Assembly: GCA_012523545.1 (NCBI GenBank)
Contig: JAAYIH010000046.1
Span: 97-64,096, forward strand
Source of the DNA: Bacillota bacterium
GTDB taxonomy: Bacteria; Bacillota; Proteinivoracia; UBA4975
Direction: 5' to 3'
DNA length: 64,000 nucleotides
Shown: piece after piece, positions 55,061 through 64,000 of the stretch
Layout of the letters: the number at the start of each line of letters is the position of its first letter
How positions within the stretch are numbered: position 1 is the first letter of the stretch
The notes under the pieces: generated by a model
What the model was told of the DNA's origin: nothing
Seen by the model: the letters and a program-made list of their open reading frames with translations, nothing else
Databases searched by the model: none
Made by a program: the position numbers and the translations under genes

Positions 55061-55852
55061 TTATTCCTTTGTGCATATATTCCACATGTGGTTGAGGGGC
55101 CCGCTGCCCTGCCCCAAGTCCAGCATGGCCTTCAGGGCGCCGGTTATATACTCCTTGGCCCGCCCGATGGATGTTTCCAGGTCCATGCCTTTGGCGAGGT
55201 TGGAAGCGATGGCGCTGGACAACGTGCAGCCGGTGCCGTGGGTATTGGGATTGTCTACCCGCTCGCCGTAAAACCAGCGGTACAAGCCGTCGCGGTAGAG
55301 CAAGTCGTTGGCGTCGTTGATGTTGTGGCCGCCTTTGCACAGTACCGCACACCCGTATTCGCTGCTGATAATCCTGGCAGCGGTGAGCATGTCGTCGGGA
55401 CCGGCAATGGTCATGCCGGCCAGCACCGAAGCCTCCGGGATGTTGGGGGTAATCAGGGTCGCCAGCCCAAACAGGCGACTTCTCAGGGTTTCCACTGCAT
55501 CGTCCCGCAACAGCCTGGATCCGCTTTCGGATACCATCACCGGGTCCACCACGATGTTTTTGGCTTTGTAAAACTCCAGGCGCTCGGCAATGGTTTCAAT
55601 CAGCCCGGCCGAGGCCACCATGCCAATTTTTACCGCGTCGGGGTAAATGTCGGTGAAAATGCTGTCCAGTTGCCGGGCCAGGAACTCAGGGGTTACTTCC
55701 ATGATTCCGGTAACGCCGGTGGTATTTTGGGCGGTGAGGGCGGTGACGGCGCTCATGGCATATACGCCGTGGACAGTCATGGTCTTGATGTCCGCCTGAA
55801 TGCCGGCGCCGCCGCTGGAATCGCTGCCTGCAATGGTCAATACCGTTTTCAT
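55061..55852 (-). CDS. thiD: Hydroxymethylpyrimidine/phosphomethylpyrimidine kinase
   Basis: LTIAGSDSSGGAGIQADIKT, TAQNT, DPVM, TPN.PEA, THGTGCTLS. Confidence 0.95.
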   Translation of the reverse strand: MKTVLTIAGSDSSGGAGIQADIKTMTVHGVYAMSAVTALTAQNTTGVTGIMEVTPEFLARQLDSIFTDIYPDAVKIGMVASAGLIETIAERLEFYKAKNIVVDPVMVSESGSRLLRDDAVETLRSRLFGLATLITPNIPEASVLAGMTIAGPDDMLTAARIISSEYGCAVLCKGGHNINDANDLLYRDGLYRWFYGERVDNPNTHGTGCTLSSAIASNLAKGMDLETSIGRAKEYITGALKAMLDLGQGSGPLNHMWNICTKE

Positions 55853-55860
55853 CTGCCGCT

Positions 55861-56544
55861 TCACTCCTTTTCCCTGCGCCGCAGGGCGCCGGCGCAGGCA
55901 ATCTTCTGCAAAACATCTGCGTCCAGCCTGCACAGCCAGACGTCGCTGACTTCCTTTATCCGTTGCCAATGGTCCTTGCTGGAATAATCGAAGACCCCCA
56001 CCGCCCTGAAGCCCGCCCTTTTCGCCGTTTCGATGGCATGCAGGGCGTCCTCAAAGACCCAGGTGCGTTCCGGCGGCGTCCCCATGTATTCCGCCGCCGC
56101 CAGAAAGATGTCCGGCTTATCTTTGCCGGCGCCAACTTCTGTGCAGGTAAAGATCCGGGAAAAATAGCCGAGGGCTTCCAGCCTGGCCAGGGCTTTTTCC
56201 ACCAGTTCGCGGGCGCTGGAAGTGGCCGCCGTAATTTTGATGCCCGCCTGCTTAAAAGCGGCCAGGCACTGGACGGCGCCTTCCTTCAACCGGACCTGGC
56301 GGGCGTAAAAATCCGTTATGGTCTCCACAATACCCGCCTGGATTGCGGCGGCGTCCATGTCCAGGTTGTACTTTTCCCTTAAATATTCGGCCCCTTCCGC
56401 CAGGGTCATGGCAAACATGGTCTTGCTCAGGCCCGGTTCGGCCGCCACGCCGATGCGGTTCAGGAACATTTCGGCGGCATTTTCCCAGATGGGCATGGAG
56501 TCCAGTATCGTCCCGTCCAGGTCAAATATTGCCCCGGCAATCAT
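55861..56544 (-). CDS. HAD family phosphatase in the thiamine operon
   Basis: FDLDGT, ATSS, K..P, FED; translationally coupled to thiE. Confidence 0.88.
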   Translation of the reverse strand: MIAGAIFDLDGTILDSMPIWENAAEMFLNRIGVAAEPGLSKTMFAMTLAEGAEYLREKYNLDMDAAAIQAGIVETITDFYARQVRLKEGAVQCLAAFKQAGIKITAATSSARELVEKALARLEALGYFSRIFTCTEVGAGKDKPDIFLAAAEYMGTPPERTWVFEDALHAIETAKRAGFRAVGVFDYSSKDHWQRIKEVSDVWLCRLDADVLQKIACAGALRRREKE

Positions 56545-57182
56545 TGCCCCACCATCTCTTCGGCCAGTTTGCGCAGCGTCGCCGCCGCTTCACGGATATC
56601 GGGCTGGGCAAAGATGGCGCTGATGACGGCAATGCCGCTGATGCCGGTACCCGCCAGCTGCAGGACATTGTCCTTGCTGATGCCGCCGATGGCCACCACC
56701 GGTATGTTCACCGCAGCGCAGATGCGCTGTAATTCTTCAAGGCTGACGTCCTCGGCATCGGCCTTGGAGCCGGTGGGGAATACCGCGCCTACACCCAGGT
56801 AGTCGGCGCCGTTTTTTTCAGCCAGCACCGCCTGTTCCACCGTCTGGGCGGACACGCCCAGGATTTTGCCGGCGCCGATGAGCCGGCGCACCCGACCGGC
56901 CTCCATGTCCTTCTGCCCCACGTGCACCCCGTCGGCATCTGCCGCCAGGGCTACATCGACGTTGTCGTTGACGATGAAGGGCACGCCGTACTTGCGGCAC
57001 ACCTCTTTGATAACCCTGGCCTCTTCCAGGAACAGCTGGGGAGCAAGCTCCTTTTCCCTGAGCTGGATTATGGTAGCGCCGCCCTGCAACGCCTTTTCCA
57101 CCGCGGCGGCCAGCGTTTCCCCGCCCAGCCAGGACCGGTCGGTGACGGCATAGAGCAGCAGGTCTCTTTTATCTAATTTCAT
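56541..57182 (-). CDS. thiE: Thiamine phosphate synthase
   Basis: LYAVTD, QLREK, VND, GVHVGQ.D, ADYLGVG.VF.T.SK, VAIGGI. Confidence 0.95.
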   Translation of the reverse strand: MKLDKRDLLLYAVTDRSWLGGETLAAAVEKALQGGATIIQLREKELAPQLFLEEARVIKEVCRKYGVPFIVNDNVDVALAADADGVHVGQKDMEAGRVRRLIGAGKILGVSAQTVEQAVLAEKNGADYLGVGAVFPTGSKADAEDVSLEELQRICAAVNIPVVAIGGISKDNVLQLAGTGISGIAVISAIFAQPDIREAAATLRKLAEEMVGQ

Positions 57183-57990
57183 ACTTGGCTCCTTTGGCCA
57201 GCGTGTCGCCGTCCATGCGGAAAATTGCATCGATGAGCCTGTTGCGGTACGTGGAGTTGCCGTCGGTGGGTCCCATGTTTTCCCAGCCGATTTCCCCCGC
57301 CAGGCCCATGGCGCAGACGGCGGCGGCAGCCGCCTCCAGGGGTTTGTCGGGGTTGGCAACCAGGAACGCCGCCAACAGGGCGGTGAGCTGGCAGCCTGTG
57401 CCGGTGATGCGGCCCATTTCCGGCCTGCCGTTCCTGATGACAAAACACCTGTCGCCATCGGAGACCAGGTCGATGGCGCCGGTGACGGCGGCGATGCAGC
57501 CCTCCTTGCGGGCAAATTCCTTGACAAAGGCTATGGCGCCGTCCAGGTTGTCCTCGGTGACGGCATCGGCCACATCGGCGTCGACGCCCTTGGTGCTGCC
57601 GGAGCCAAAGACCAGGGACTTGATCTCGGAAATGTTGCCCCGGACGGCGTCGGGCCGGATTTCCTGCAACAGCCGAATGGCCGTCTCGGTGCGCAGCTTG
57701 CTGGCCCCCGCGCCCACGGGATCCAGCACCACCGGGTGACCCAACTCTTTGGCCTTCCTGCCGGCGGCGAACATGGCGGGGATGGTGTCTTTGTTCAGCG
57801 TCCCGATGTTGATGGCCAATCCGCCGCAAAGGGCTGTGATTTCCTCCACTTCCCCGAGGTCATCGGCCATGATGGGGCTGGCGCCGCAGGCCAGCAATAC
57901 GTTGGCGACGTCGTTGACGGTGACGTAGTTGGTAATGTTGTGAACCAGAGGCGACCTGGTGCGGACATTGACAAGGCATTCCTTGAGCAT
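57169..57990 (-). CDS. thiM: Hydroxyethylthiazole kinase
   Basis: PLVHNITNYVT.ND.AN, INIGT, LDPVG.G, RGN.SEI, TGTGC. Confidence 0.95.
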   Translation of the reverse strand: MLKECLVNVRTRSPLVHNITNYVTVNDVANVLLACGASPIMADDLGEVEEITALCGGLAINIGTLNKDTIPAMFAAGRKAKELGHPVVLDPVGAGASKLRTETAIRLLQEIRPDAVRGNISEIKSLVFGSGSTKGVDADVADAVTEDNLDGAIAFVKEFARKEGCIAAVTGAIDLVSDGDRCFVIRNGRPEMGRITGTGCQLTALLAAFLVANPDKPLEAAAAAVCAMGLAGEIGWENMGPTDGNSTYRNRLIDAIFRMDGDTLAKGAKYEIR

Positions 57991-58028
57991 GTTTAACCCC
58001 TTTCCCACATATAGTATCCTGTGCATTA

Positions 58029-58165
58029 TAAAAAAACTGCATAATGCCAATAAGCATATGCAGTACACAAGCCATATGTCCCTGCGTTGGCATTACCCAC
58101 ATCAGGTTATAAGGGTCTAAGCAATACAGCTTACTCTCAGCCTGCTTTGCGCAAGCTCCCCTTTG
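58029..58165 (-). ncRNA. TPP riboswitch with transcription terminator
   Basis: GGGGAGC...GCTGAGAG...GACCC..TAACCTGAT.TGGGTAATGCCAACGCAGGG aptamer (~58165-58077), then ACTGCATA...TATGCAG-T7 terminator. Confidence 0.95.
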
Positions 58166-58375
58166 TATTGATTTACTAAAATTATAACTACAAACAGAGG
58201 GAAAATCAACCCGCGCAACCCTTTTTCACGTAATACTCCGGTCACAAAAGGCCGCTAATTTTACATTTCCATAACATTGGCCGACAGAGACAGGATTTAT
58301 TAACTTGGTAGAGAAATAAAATATAACCCGAAACACGCCTTATTCCTCCCCTCTGCCGGGCCGTTCCGGCTTTTT

Positions 58376-58546
58376 TTATTTATCCGGCTCAATGGAAACC
58401 ATGCCGGCGCCCAGCAGCGCTTTGAGGACTTCCCTGTCGTCCCGTTTTTGAGCCAGCGGCAGTTTGCGCACGAATTCCTCCATTTTTTCGGCGCTGCAAC
58501 GCCGGACAACTTTGCGCCCTGCTATGGTAAAGACTTTCTCTGTCAT
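58376..58546 (-). CDS. Small hypothetical protein (56 aa)
   Basis: AAGGAGG RBS then ATG 58546; MTEKVFTIAGRKVVRRCSAEKMEEFVRKLP...; ends at a hairpin. Confidence 0.65.
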   Translation of the reverse strand: MTEKVFTIAGRKVVRRCSAEKMEEFVRKLPLAQKRDDREVLKALLGAGMVSIEPDK

Positions 58547-58699
58547 CGCCGACGCCTCCTTCTTTTTTCTATAACTTTTCTGTCTCTCCGCCAAGATATG
58601 CACTAAAAAAGCCGCGGCGTATGATACAATATAGTATACTGACCGTGACAACCTGTGCCGGCCAATACCTGACAGACTCAGCGGTCTGGAGGTGGTTCA

Positions 58700-60652
58700 A
58701 TGCAGTTGCCCAAATTGTCCGCCTACAAACGTCAAATTCAAACCGTCGGCGGTTTGGCGGCAGCGGCGGCGGTATTGACGCTGCTGCTCCTCACCTACCC
58801 CTGGCTGCAACTCCAGGCGGCCAATCAACTCATCGACGGGGAAAAGTACGCCCAGGCCGAAAAAATACTGCTCCGCCTCAGCACCAGAAAACCTGAATGG
58901 ACCGAGCCCAGGTACAAACTGGCCGTTTGCCAGCTGCGCCAGAGCAAGGGCCGGGAAGCGGCGGCAACCGTAATCTCCCTAGCCGACACCAGCACGCTGG
59001 CCGACATGGACCTGGCCATGATTTTCTTGCAGGTGGCCGAACAGCTCATAAATACCGGCTACAGCGCCGAGGCCCTGGAGCTGGCCCAAAAAGTGCTGTT
59101 GGAGCGGCCTGACGACAAACTGCTGGCCCAGGCCGTGGTGGAAATCGGGTTTCTCATCGCAGAGCGCAGCGGGCTGCCCCTGAGCCTGGAGGCCCTGGAC
59201 ACAGCCCTGCCCCTGGCTGGGGACAACTGGCTGCTCACCCGCAAAGCCTTTAATATCCTGTTGGCCAAAGCCTTCGGGGCGCCCCCGGATTTGGCCGAAG
59301 CGGCGCTGGACGCCGCCCTGGAACTCTACCCCGACAACGTTCTGGCCATCACCGGAAAAGCAAAACTGTTGGGGCAGCGCAGCCATCCCCGGCAGGCCCT
59401 GGACTACCTGGCGGAAAAGGAACAGAATGTGTTGGACAACGTCACCGAGGATTACCTGGACGTCAAGCGCACCCTCATTTCCCAACTGGCCAGCATCGAT
59501 CCGGAGGCCGACCTCCGCAAATACATCCAGGGCTTCTCCGAAAGCACCGTGCAAGAGATTGCCCTGCAGGGACTGGACAAAGCCTGGCGCCAAAACCTGT
59601 CGGGTAAACAATTCTACCAGCTGGCGGAGCATGTGCCCCAGGTAGTGTACCGGTATGCCCGCAACCTCATTGACCTTAAGCAATGGCAGGACGCGCGTAC
59701 AGCCTTCAAAAATCTGCAGAAGCTGGACCCCAAGTATGCCAACTTCGACGCCCTGTTTGCCTTTTTGGATTCCAAACTGACTACTGCTATAGAAACGTTG
59801 CGATACTCCGGCTTCTTTCCCGATATGGCGGCAATTTCTCCCCGGGGCAACGCCCTGGCCATGCGGGTTTGGATGGACCTTTCTCACTCCGAAGACATGA
59901 TGGTCTCCGACCTCCTGGTGGTCAATCTGGCCAACGGCCAGCGGGAATCTCTGGGCAATGCCCATATCTTTAAGTGGGACCCCGGCGGCAATTATCTCGC
60001 CTTTCTCACCGCGTCGCCCGCCGGCTCGGGCCGTTTGCACATATACGCAGTCGCCAGCGGCCAGCGCTTTTCTTCACCCCCCGATTACGACGTCTTCGAC
60101 TTCAACTGGGCCGGGACCACCCTCATGGTCCAGGTGCAGCGGGGCAATGCCATCAGTTTGCTGCAAATGTCCCCGCCCAACTGGACCATAAGCGGAGAGC
60201 TGGATTGGACCCTCAGCGGCGCCGTCAACGGCGACCTGGCCTGGCTGACCGCCAGCAAAAACACGTTGGTTGTCCACAAATACCAGCAACAGCCCCAGAG
60301 AATCGCCCTGCCCAAAGAAATCGCCGCCATCAATCCCTGGAGCCCCAACGGGCGCCTGGCAATCATCGAAGACATAGCGGGCAAGAGCTGGATTTACGAC
60401 TACCGCCGCAATGAAGTCACCGCCATTGAACTGCCGGGCAATTTTGCCGCCTGGGGCAGGGAGCAGGACATTTTCTGGTATTATCCGGTGTGGGATAAGT
60501 GGTATGTACTGGCCAGGCTGGACGCCAGCGGGAAAGTTGTGGAATACCTGCCGTACAGCTTTTCATATCCCAGTTACGACCTGACCATCTCCGCCAACCG
60601 CAACATCGTCGCTGTGGTGGAAGGCGATCAAGTGTTCATCCAGCGCCGATAG
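58700..60652 (+). CDS. Membrane-anchored TPR-repeat plus TolB/WD40-like beta-propeller protein
   Basis: GGAGGTGG RBS; N-terminal TM; TPR-like helices (AL.L.PDN, A...F..L..LDP.Y); C-terminal SP.G / WDPGG / WSPNG blade motifs. Confidence 0.75.
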   Translation: MQLPKLSAYKRQIQTVGGLAAAAAVLTLLLLTYPWLQLQAANQLIDGEKYAQAEKILLRLSTRKPEWTEPRYKLAVCQLRQSKGREAAATVISLADTSTLADMDLAMIFLQVAEQLINTGYSAEALELAQKVLLERPDDKLLAQAVVEIGFLIAERSGLPLSLEALDTALPLAGDNWLLTRKAFNILLAKAFGAPPDLAEAALDAALELYPDNVLAITGKAKLLGQRSHPRQALDYLAEKEQNVLDNVTEDYLDVKRTLISQLASIDPEADLRKYIQGFSESTVQEIALQGLDKAWRQNLSGKQFYQLAEHVPQVVYRYARNLIDLKQWQDARTAFKNLQKLDPKYANFDALFAFLDSKLTTAIETLRYSGFFPDMAAISPRGNALAMRVWMDLSHSEDMMVSDLLVVNLANGQRESLGNAHIFKWDPGGNYLAFLTASPAGSGRLHIYAVASGQRFSSPPDYDVFDFNWAGTTLMVQVQRGNAISLLQMSPPNWTISGELDWTLSGAVNGDLAWLTASKNTLVVHKYQQQPQRIALPKEIAAINPWSPNGRLAIIEDIAGKSWIYDYRRNEVTAIELPGNFAAWGREQDIFWYYPVWDKWYVLARLDASGKVVEYLPYSFSYPSYDLTISANRNIVAVVEGDQVFIQRR

Positions 60653-60703
60653 CAGGATTCTTGCCAATAACTGTTGAAATACCTGGACGAGGAGGTATGC
60701 ACT

Positions 60704-60943
60704 TTGAAAAATGGGGTTTGTCCTCGCTGCCACGCGCAAACGGTGTACTCCAGCGAAAAAATCCGCAACAAGACCGGCAATGCCAGCACCATACCCCTGA
60801 GCTTTCTCCGCAGCATCCCCTTGGATAACTATGTTTGCACCAACTGCGGCTATGTGGAAAGCTATGTCGCCGAACCGGAGATGCTCGTTCACATAAAGGA
60901 CATCTGGTCCCGGGTTGAGCCCGACCAAACAAACCCACAGTAA
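60704..60943 (+). CDS. Small zinc-ribbon protein
   Basis: CPRC...CTNCGYVE.Y; GAGGAGG RBS then TTG; sigmaH-like GCAGGATT...TTGAAAT upstream. Confidence 0.75.
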   Translation: MKNGVCPRCHAQTVYSSEKIRNKTGNASTIPLSFLRSIPLDNYVCTNCGYVESYVAEPEMLVHIKDIWSRVEPDQTNPQ

Positions 60944-60974
60944 TAACTGTGGGTTTGTCTTTTCACGGCATTAG

Positions 60975-61343
60975 TCATTCATCCCGCTTCCGGCCGAACC
61001 TTTTCTTCAACGCCAGTTCGGTGGGCGCCAGGCTGCCCAGCATTACCGCAATCTGCACCGCCATTATCACCATGAAGTAAGTCAGGTAATTCTCTTTGTT
61101 GGCCAGCAAAGCCAGGGCGACGGCGGTCAGGACCAACAGCGCCAGGCCGGAGTACAGCCACACCCGGGCGTGGTAAGCATGGGCAAAATCCCACGCCTCC
61201 TGGCTCTGCTTCGACCGGGGGGTCCTGTACCCGTACAGTTCATTGATCTCCCTGGGCGGGCTCTTCCTCCACAGCAAGCCGAAGAATACCATCGCAACAG
61301 GTATCAGAATGAGTGAAAGGGAAAGCGATAAAAAGTATAGCAA
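60975..61343 (-). CDS. SdpI/YhfL family membrane (immunity) protein
   Basis: P..IN..YGYRT.RS..S...W.FAH motif; 3 TM helices. Confidence 0.85.
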   Translation of the reverse strand: MLYFLSLSLSLILIPVAMVFFGLLWRKSPPREINELYGYRTPRSKQSQEAWDFAHAYHARVWLYSGLALLVLTAVALALLANKENYLTYFMVIMAVQIAVMLGSLAPTELALKKRFGRKRDE

Positions 61344-61488
61344 GACATTTCCTCCTGTTCTCGTGGACTATGTATGCTGTATTGTTTCTTCGCCGCGCCC
61401 CTGCTTTTTCCTCCAGTTCCGCCCGGCCAGGGTTTCCCAATTCCAGCCTTGGGAATATGATGGTGTACACCCCAGAAGGAGGCATGAC

Positions 61489-61998
61489 ATGCACAAGGAA
61501 AAATTGCCCCGGGCAGCCCTGGCGATTATTGAGGGCGGGCCCCTGGCCCCTCAAATCTCGGGAAAAGTGTTCTTCTATGACGCCCCCCAGGGTACATGGG
61601 TCTATGCCATGGTGGATGGACTGCCGGAATACCGACCCGGCCGCGGAAACCTCAGCCCCGTCGGCCCCCACGGCTTCCACATCCATGAGTTTGGCGCCTG
61701 CGCCGTGGGCGATCCCCATAACCCCTTCCAGGCGGCGGGAGGACACTGGAACCCGGACAACCAACCCCATGGCAATCATGCCGGCGATTTCCCGGTGCTG
61801 TTTTCCAACGCAGGAATTGCCCGGCTGTACTTCTTCACCAACCGCTTCAGGGTCCGGGAAATCATTGGCAGAGCCGGTGTCATCCACGAAAACCCCGATG
61901 ACTACCGCACCCAGCCTGCCGGGAATTCCGGACGGAGACTGGCCTGCGGCGTGATCCGCCCTTTCTTCATGGGAGGGCCGGAGGACCAGCCCGGATAA
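61489..61998 (+). CDS. Cu/Zn superoxide dismutase family protein (no signal peptide)
   Basis: HGFHIHE.G.C, AGGH.NP...HG.HAGD.P, IH...DD...QP.GNSG.R.ACG.I. Confidence 0.88.
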   Translation: MHKEKLPRAALAIIEGGPLAPQISGKVFFYDAPQGTWVYAMVDGLPEYRPGRGNLSPVGPHGFHIHEFGACAVGDPHNPFQAAGGHWNPDNQPHGNHAGDFPVLFSNAGIARLYFFTNRFRVREIIGRAGVIHENPDDYRTQPAGNSGRRLACGVIRPFFMGGPEDQPG

Positions 61999-62109
61999 TT
62001 TCTTTCCACTGGCATTTGCGCCATACGGACAGGCAAGACGCCCCCTGCACCGGGGGCGCCTTTACATTGCCCTTCAGAATACAGCGCCGACCGCACCGTG
62101 GACTGCGCC

Positions 62110-63639
62110 TTATCGCTTGTCCATGCTATTAATCAGCAGCTCATAGTACTGCTGGGTCGCTTCCGGCGACCGGGCCGAGAAGAAAATATAGAGATCGGGC
62201 AGCTCCAGGACGATGTACTGGGGCTGGTTTTTGTACACATAGACCTTGCTCCTGCCGTACCCCTTGAGGTTGAAATTGCCCAGGTTGTACCGGCTGGTGG
62301 AAGCTCCGTTGGTCCGGGTGCCGCCGGGCAGGGTGTCCACCATGGCTATAGAACGAATGTCGTTTAAGGGAAACTTGTACCCGTACAACGGGGCGTGAAT
62401 CTCCACCTGGTTGTCCTGGATGGTCAGGGCAAAGTCGGCCGTATCCAGGCGCAGGAAGAGCAGGAACATGCCCAGGAGGAGGACCGGCACCCCAATCAAC
62501 GTGCCGAAATAAACCAGCCGGCCCGTCCTGGTGCCCAGGTTTATGGTCTGGCCAATGCCGATGCGCTTGGGCACCAGCACCCTGCTGTCATTGGGGTTGT
62601 TGTACAAACCGCCGGTCCAGTAATAATCCTCATCTACAGTGATGGTCCGATCCCCGGTCAGAAGGCGGTTCTGGGTGTCCTGGATTTTGCTGTGGGTGAC
62701 CAAAATGCCACTCAGGGTGGCCAGTATCATGCCGCCGACACCGACGATGCCCAGGATTTCATTGTAAGTGCGGGAGGCAATGAGAATAGTGGCCATGACC
62801 GCCACGTTAACCCCGGCCAGCACCGTCCAGCACAGCGACCAATACTTGATGGCAATCCTGGTCACCGCCATGTTAACCTCGGCATCTTCGCTGTAGGCCC
62901 TGGTCCGCTCCCGCACAGTCAGGGTATAGAGGAAATTGTACACCATCACCGCGACAACCGCAGTAATCCCCAGGGCAAGGAATTCTTTGGCGTAAGCCAG
63001 GCAATAAGCCAGAAGGAACGCGGCCGCCGCCAGGGAGGGCAGAAACCACAGCCTGGACACCGCCATCCTGGCCTTGGCCTTGGTTACTTCCAGATCCACT
63101 GTCACGGTATGGGTTTCACCCACAAGCCAACCCTTTTCCCGCTTCAGGCTTGCCAGGCGGCCGCTGTACACCTTCACCGCCCAATTATAGGCCACGAACA
63201 TGGCCGCAAACCAGGCGAACACGAAAAGGATTACCATTGACGGCATGCGGATAAACGCCAGCGCCGGAACAGGCGCCAGGGAGGCCAGGAAGATTAAAAG
63301 GCAAGTCTTCTTGAACTTCCCGACGATTTCCAGCACCCCGGGCTCCTGGTGCACCTCCCGGGGCAAAGTGATGTTGAGGATAACGTTGTTATTCGGTTTT
63401 GTCGCCGTCTGCAGGCTGATGAAAAAGACAAAGGCCATGGTAACGGTCAAAGCAATTAAAAAGATACCCACTCTAACTACTAAATAGAAATGCCGCACCA
63501 GCAAGACCAGAGCTATCAGCAGGGCCACAGCAAACAGCCACTTATTGACCCTCACCGTGAAATAGGGCTTGGGCTTCTTGCCCGCTTCCCCGGCATTTTC
63601 GCCGGAAGCCGGGGCTCCTTTTTTCTCCAACTGTTCCAC
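62110..63639 (-). CDS. DUF5808/DUF1648-type membrane protein with C-terminal bacterial PH domain
   Basis: DED.YW.GGLYNNPND.RV.VPKR.GIG.T.N motif; RTNG....Y..GNF PH signature; multiple TM helices. Confidence 0.8.
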   Translation of the reverse strand: MEQLEKKGAPASGENAGEAGKKPKPYFTVRVNKWLFAVALLIALVLLVRHFYLVVRVGIFLIALTVTMAFVFFISLQTATKPNNNVILNITLPREVHQEPGVLEIVGKFKKTCLLIFLASLAPVPALAFIRMPSMVILFVFAWFAAMFVAYNWAVKVYSGRLASLKREKGWLVGETHTVTVDLEVTKAKARMAVSRLWFLPSLAAAAFLLAYCLAYAKEFLALGITAVVAVMVYNFLYTLTVRERTRAYSEDAEVNMAVTRIAIKYWSLCWTVLAGVNVAVMATILIASRTYNEILGIVGVGGMILATLSGILVTHSKIQDTQNRLLTGDRTITVDEDYYWTGGLYNNPNDSRVLVPKRIGIGQTINLGTRTGRLVYFGTLIGVPVLLLGMFLLFLRLDTADFALTIQDNQVEIHAPLYGYKFPLNDIRSIAMVDTLPGGTRTNGASTSRYNLGNFNLKGYGRSKVYVYKNQPQYIVLELPDLYIFFSARSPEATQQYYELLINSMDKR

Positions 63640-63734
63640 GCTAACCCCTCCTTTTCCAGTACTATGTTATTGTCAGTGTGCCTTCAGTACAAAGCATAAC
63701 CAGCTGTCTCAGACGCCACTTTATAAGCGCCAGT

Positions 63735-63977
63735 CTATGCACTGAGGGCAAGGATAATTCTCCTGGCCAGGCCAACCAGCTCAGAAAACTCCTCACCTGT
63801 CAGAGGCCCATGACTCCATTTTTTATATAACTGCAACGCCCTCTGCAGATCCTCAGCCTGGGGGAGGTCCGGAAACTCTTGACAAAACGCTTTCACGCAC
63901 TCTTCCTTTGCACTTACATACCGGCCACGGCCGGATAAATATGTACAGACGCCCCTGAATATAAGGTTAAAGGTCAT
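63735..63977 (-). CDS. Hypothetical protein (80 aa)
   Basis: AAGGGG RBS then ATG; no family recognised. Confidence 0.45.
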   Translation of the reverse strand: MTFNLIFRGVCTYLSGRGRYVSAKEECVKAFCQEFPDLPQAEDLQRALQLYKKWSHGPLTGEEFSELVGLARRIILALSA

Positions 63978-64000
63978 CGCTATCCCCTTATCTCCTGCCG

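Noticed and set aside
1-64000. tRNA, rRNA, CRISPR-Cas, prophage, retron or IS elements
   Set aside because: None recognised by eye: no cloverleaf, repeat-spacer array, reverse transcriptase, integrase or transposase motifs; tRNAscan, Infernal and ISEScan would be needed to exclude them formally

Overview
GC-rich chromosomal window from what looks like a spore-forming Bacillota (Clostridia-like) anaerobe, inferred from a T-box, a CIRCE, Coat-F-type genes and sigmaH/F/G/E/K-like promoters. It holds about 65 genes. Housekeeping and stress genes: metG (partial, with Met T-box), rnhA, Hsp20, a class B PBP, pepF, namA, htpG with CIRCE, xth, an AlkA-type glycosylase, fumC, threonine aldolase, pcp, cls, an RluA synthase, an amidase, cobO, and TPP riboswitch-thiM-thiE-HAD-thiD. 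Transporters: MarR-ABC, TetR-ABC-2, MATE, two CDFs, an SLC13/ArsB-type permease and a MacAB-like set. There is also an Orange-protein-like (DUF134/NifB-NifX/MinD-ferredoxin/Mrp) operon. I found no rRNA, tRNA, CRISPR array, intact IS or prophage. Best candidates for undescribed biology: (1) two single-gene fusions of a DNA-binding domain to a Uma2 PD-(D/E)XK nuclease (Phd-Uma2 and HTH-Uma2), each with palindromic sites in its own promoter, flanking a TetR/ABC exporter cassette; (2) an ECF S-component plus a two-domain kinase behind a leader with a terminator/antiterminator layout that matches no riboswitch I recognise; (3) the DUF134 operon with twin palindromic operators; (4) a stand-alone Spo0A-like receiver protein behind a sigmaH-like promoter; (5) candidate C-rich small RNAs, unannotated micro-proteins and gene relics, including an internally deleted FitAB/VapBC locus. 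All family calls come from motif recognition by eye; no database search was run.
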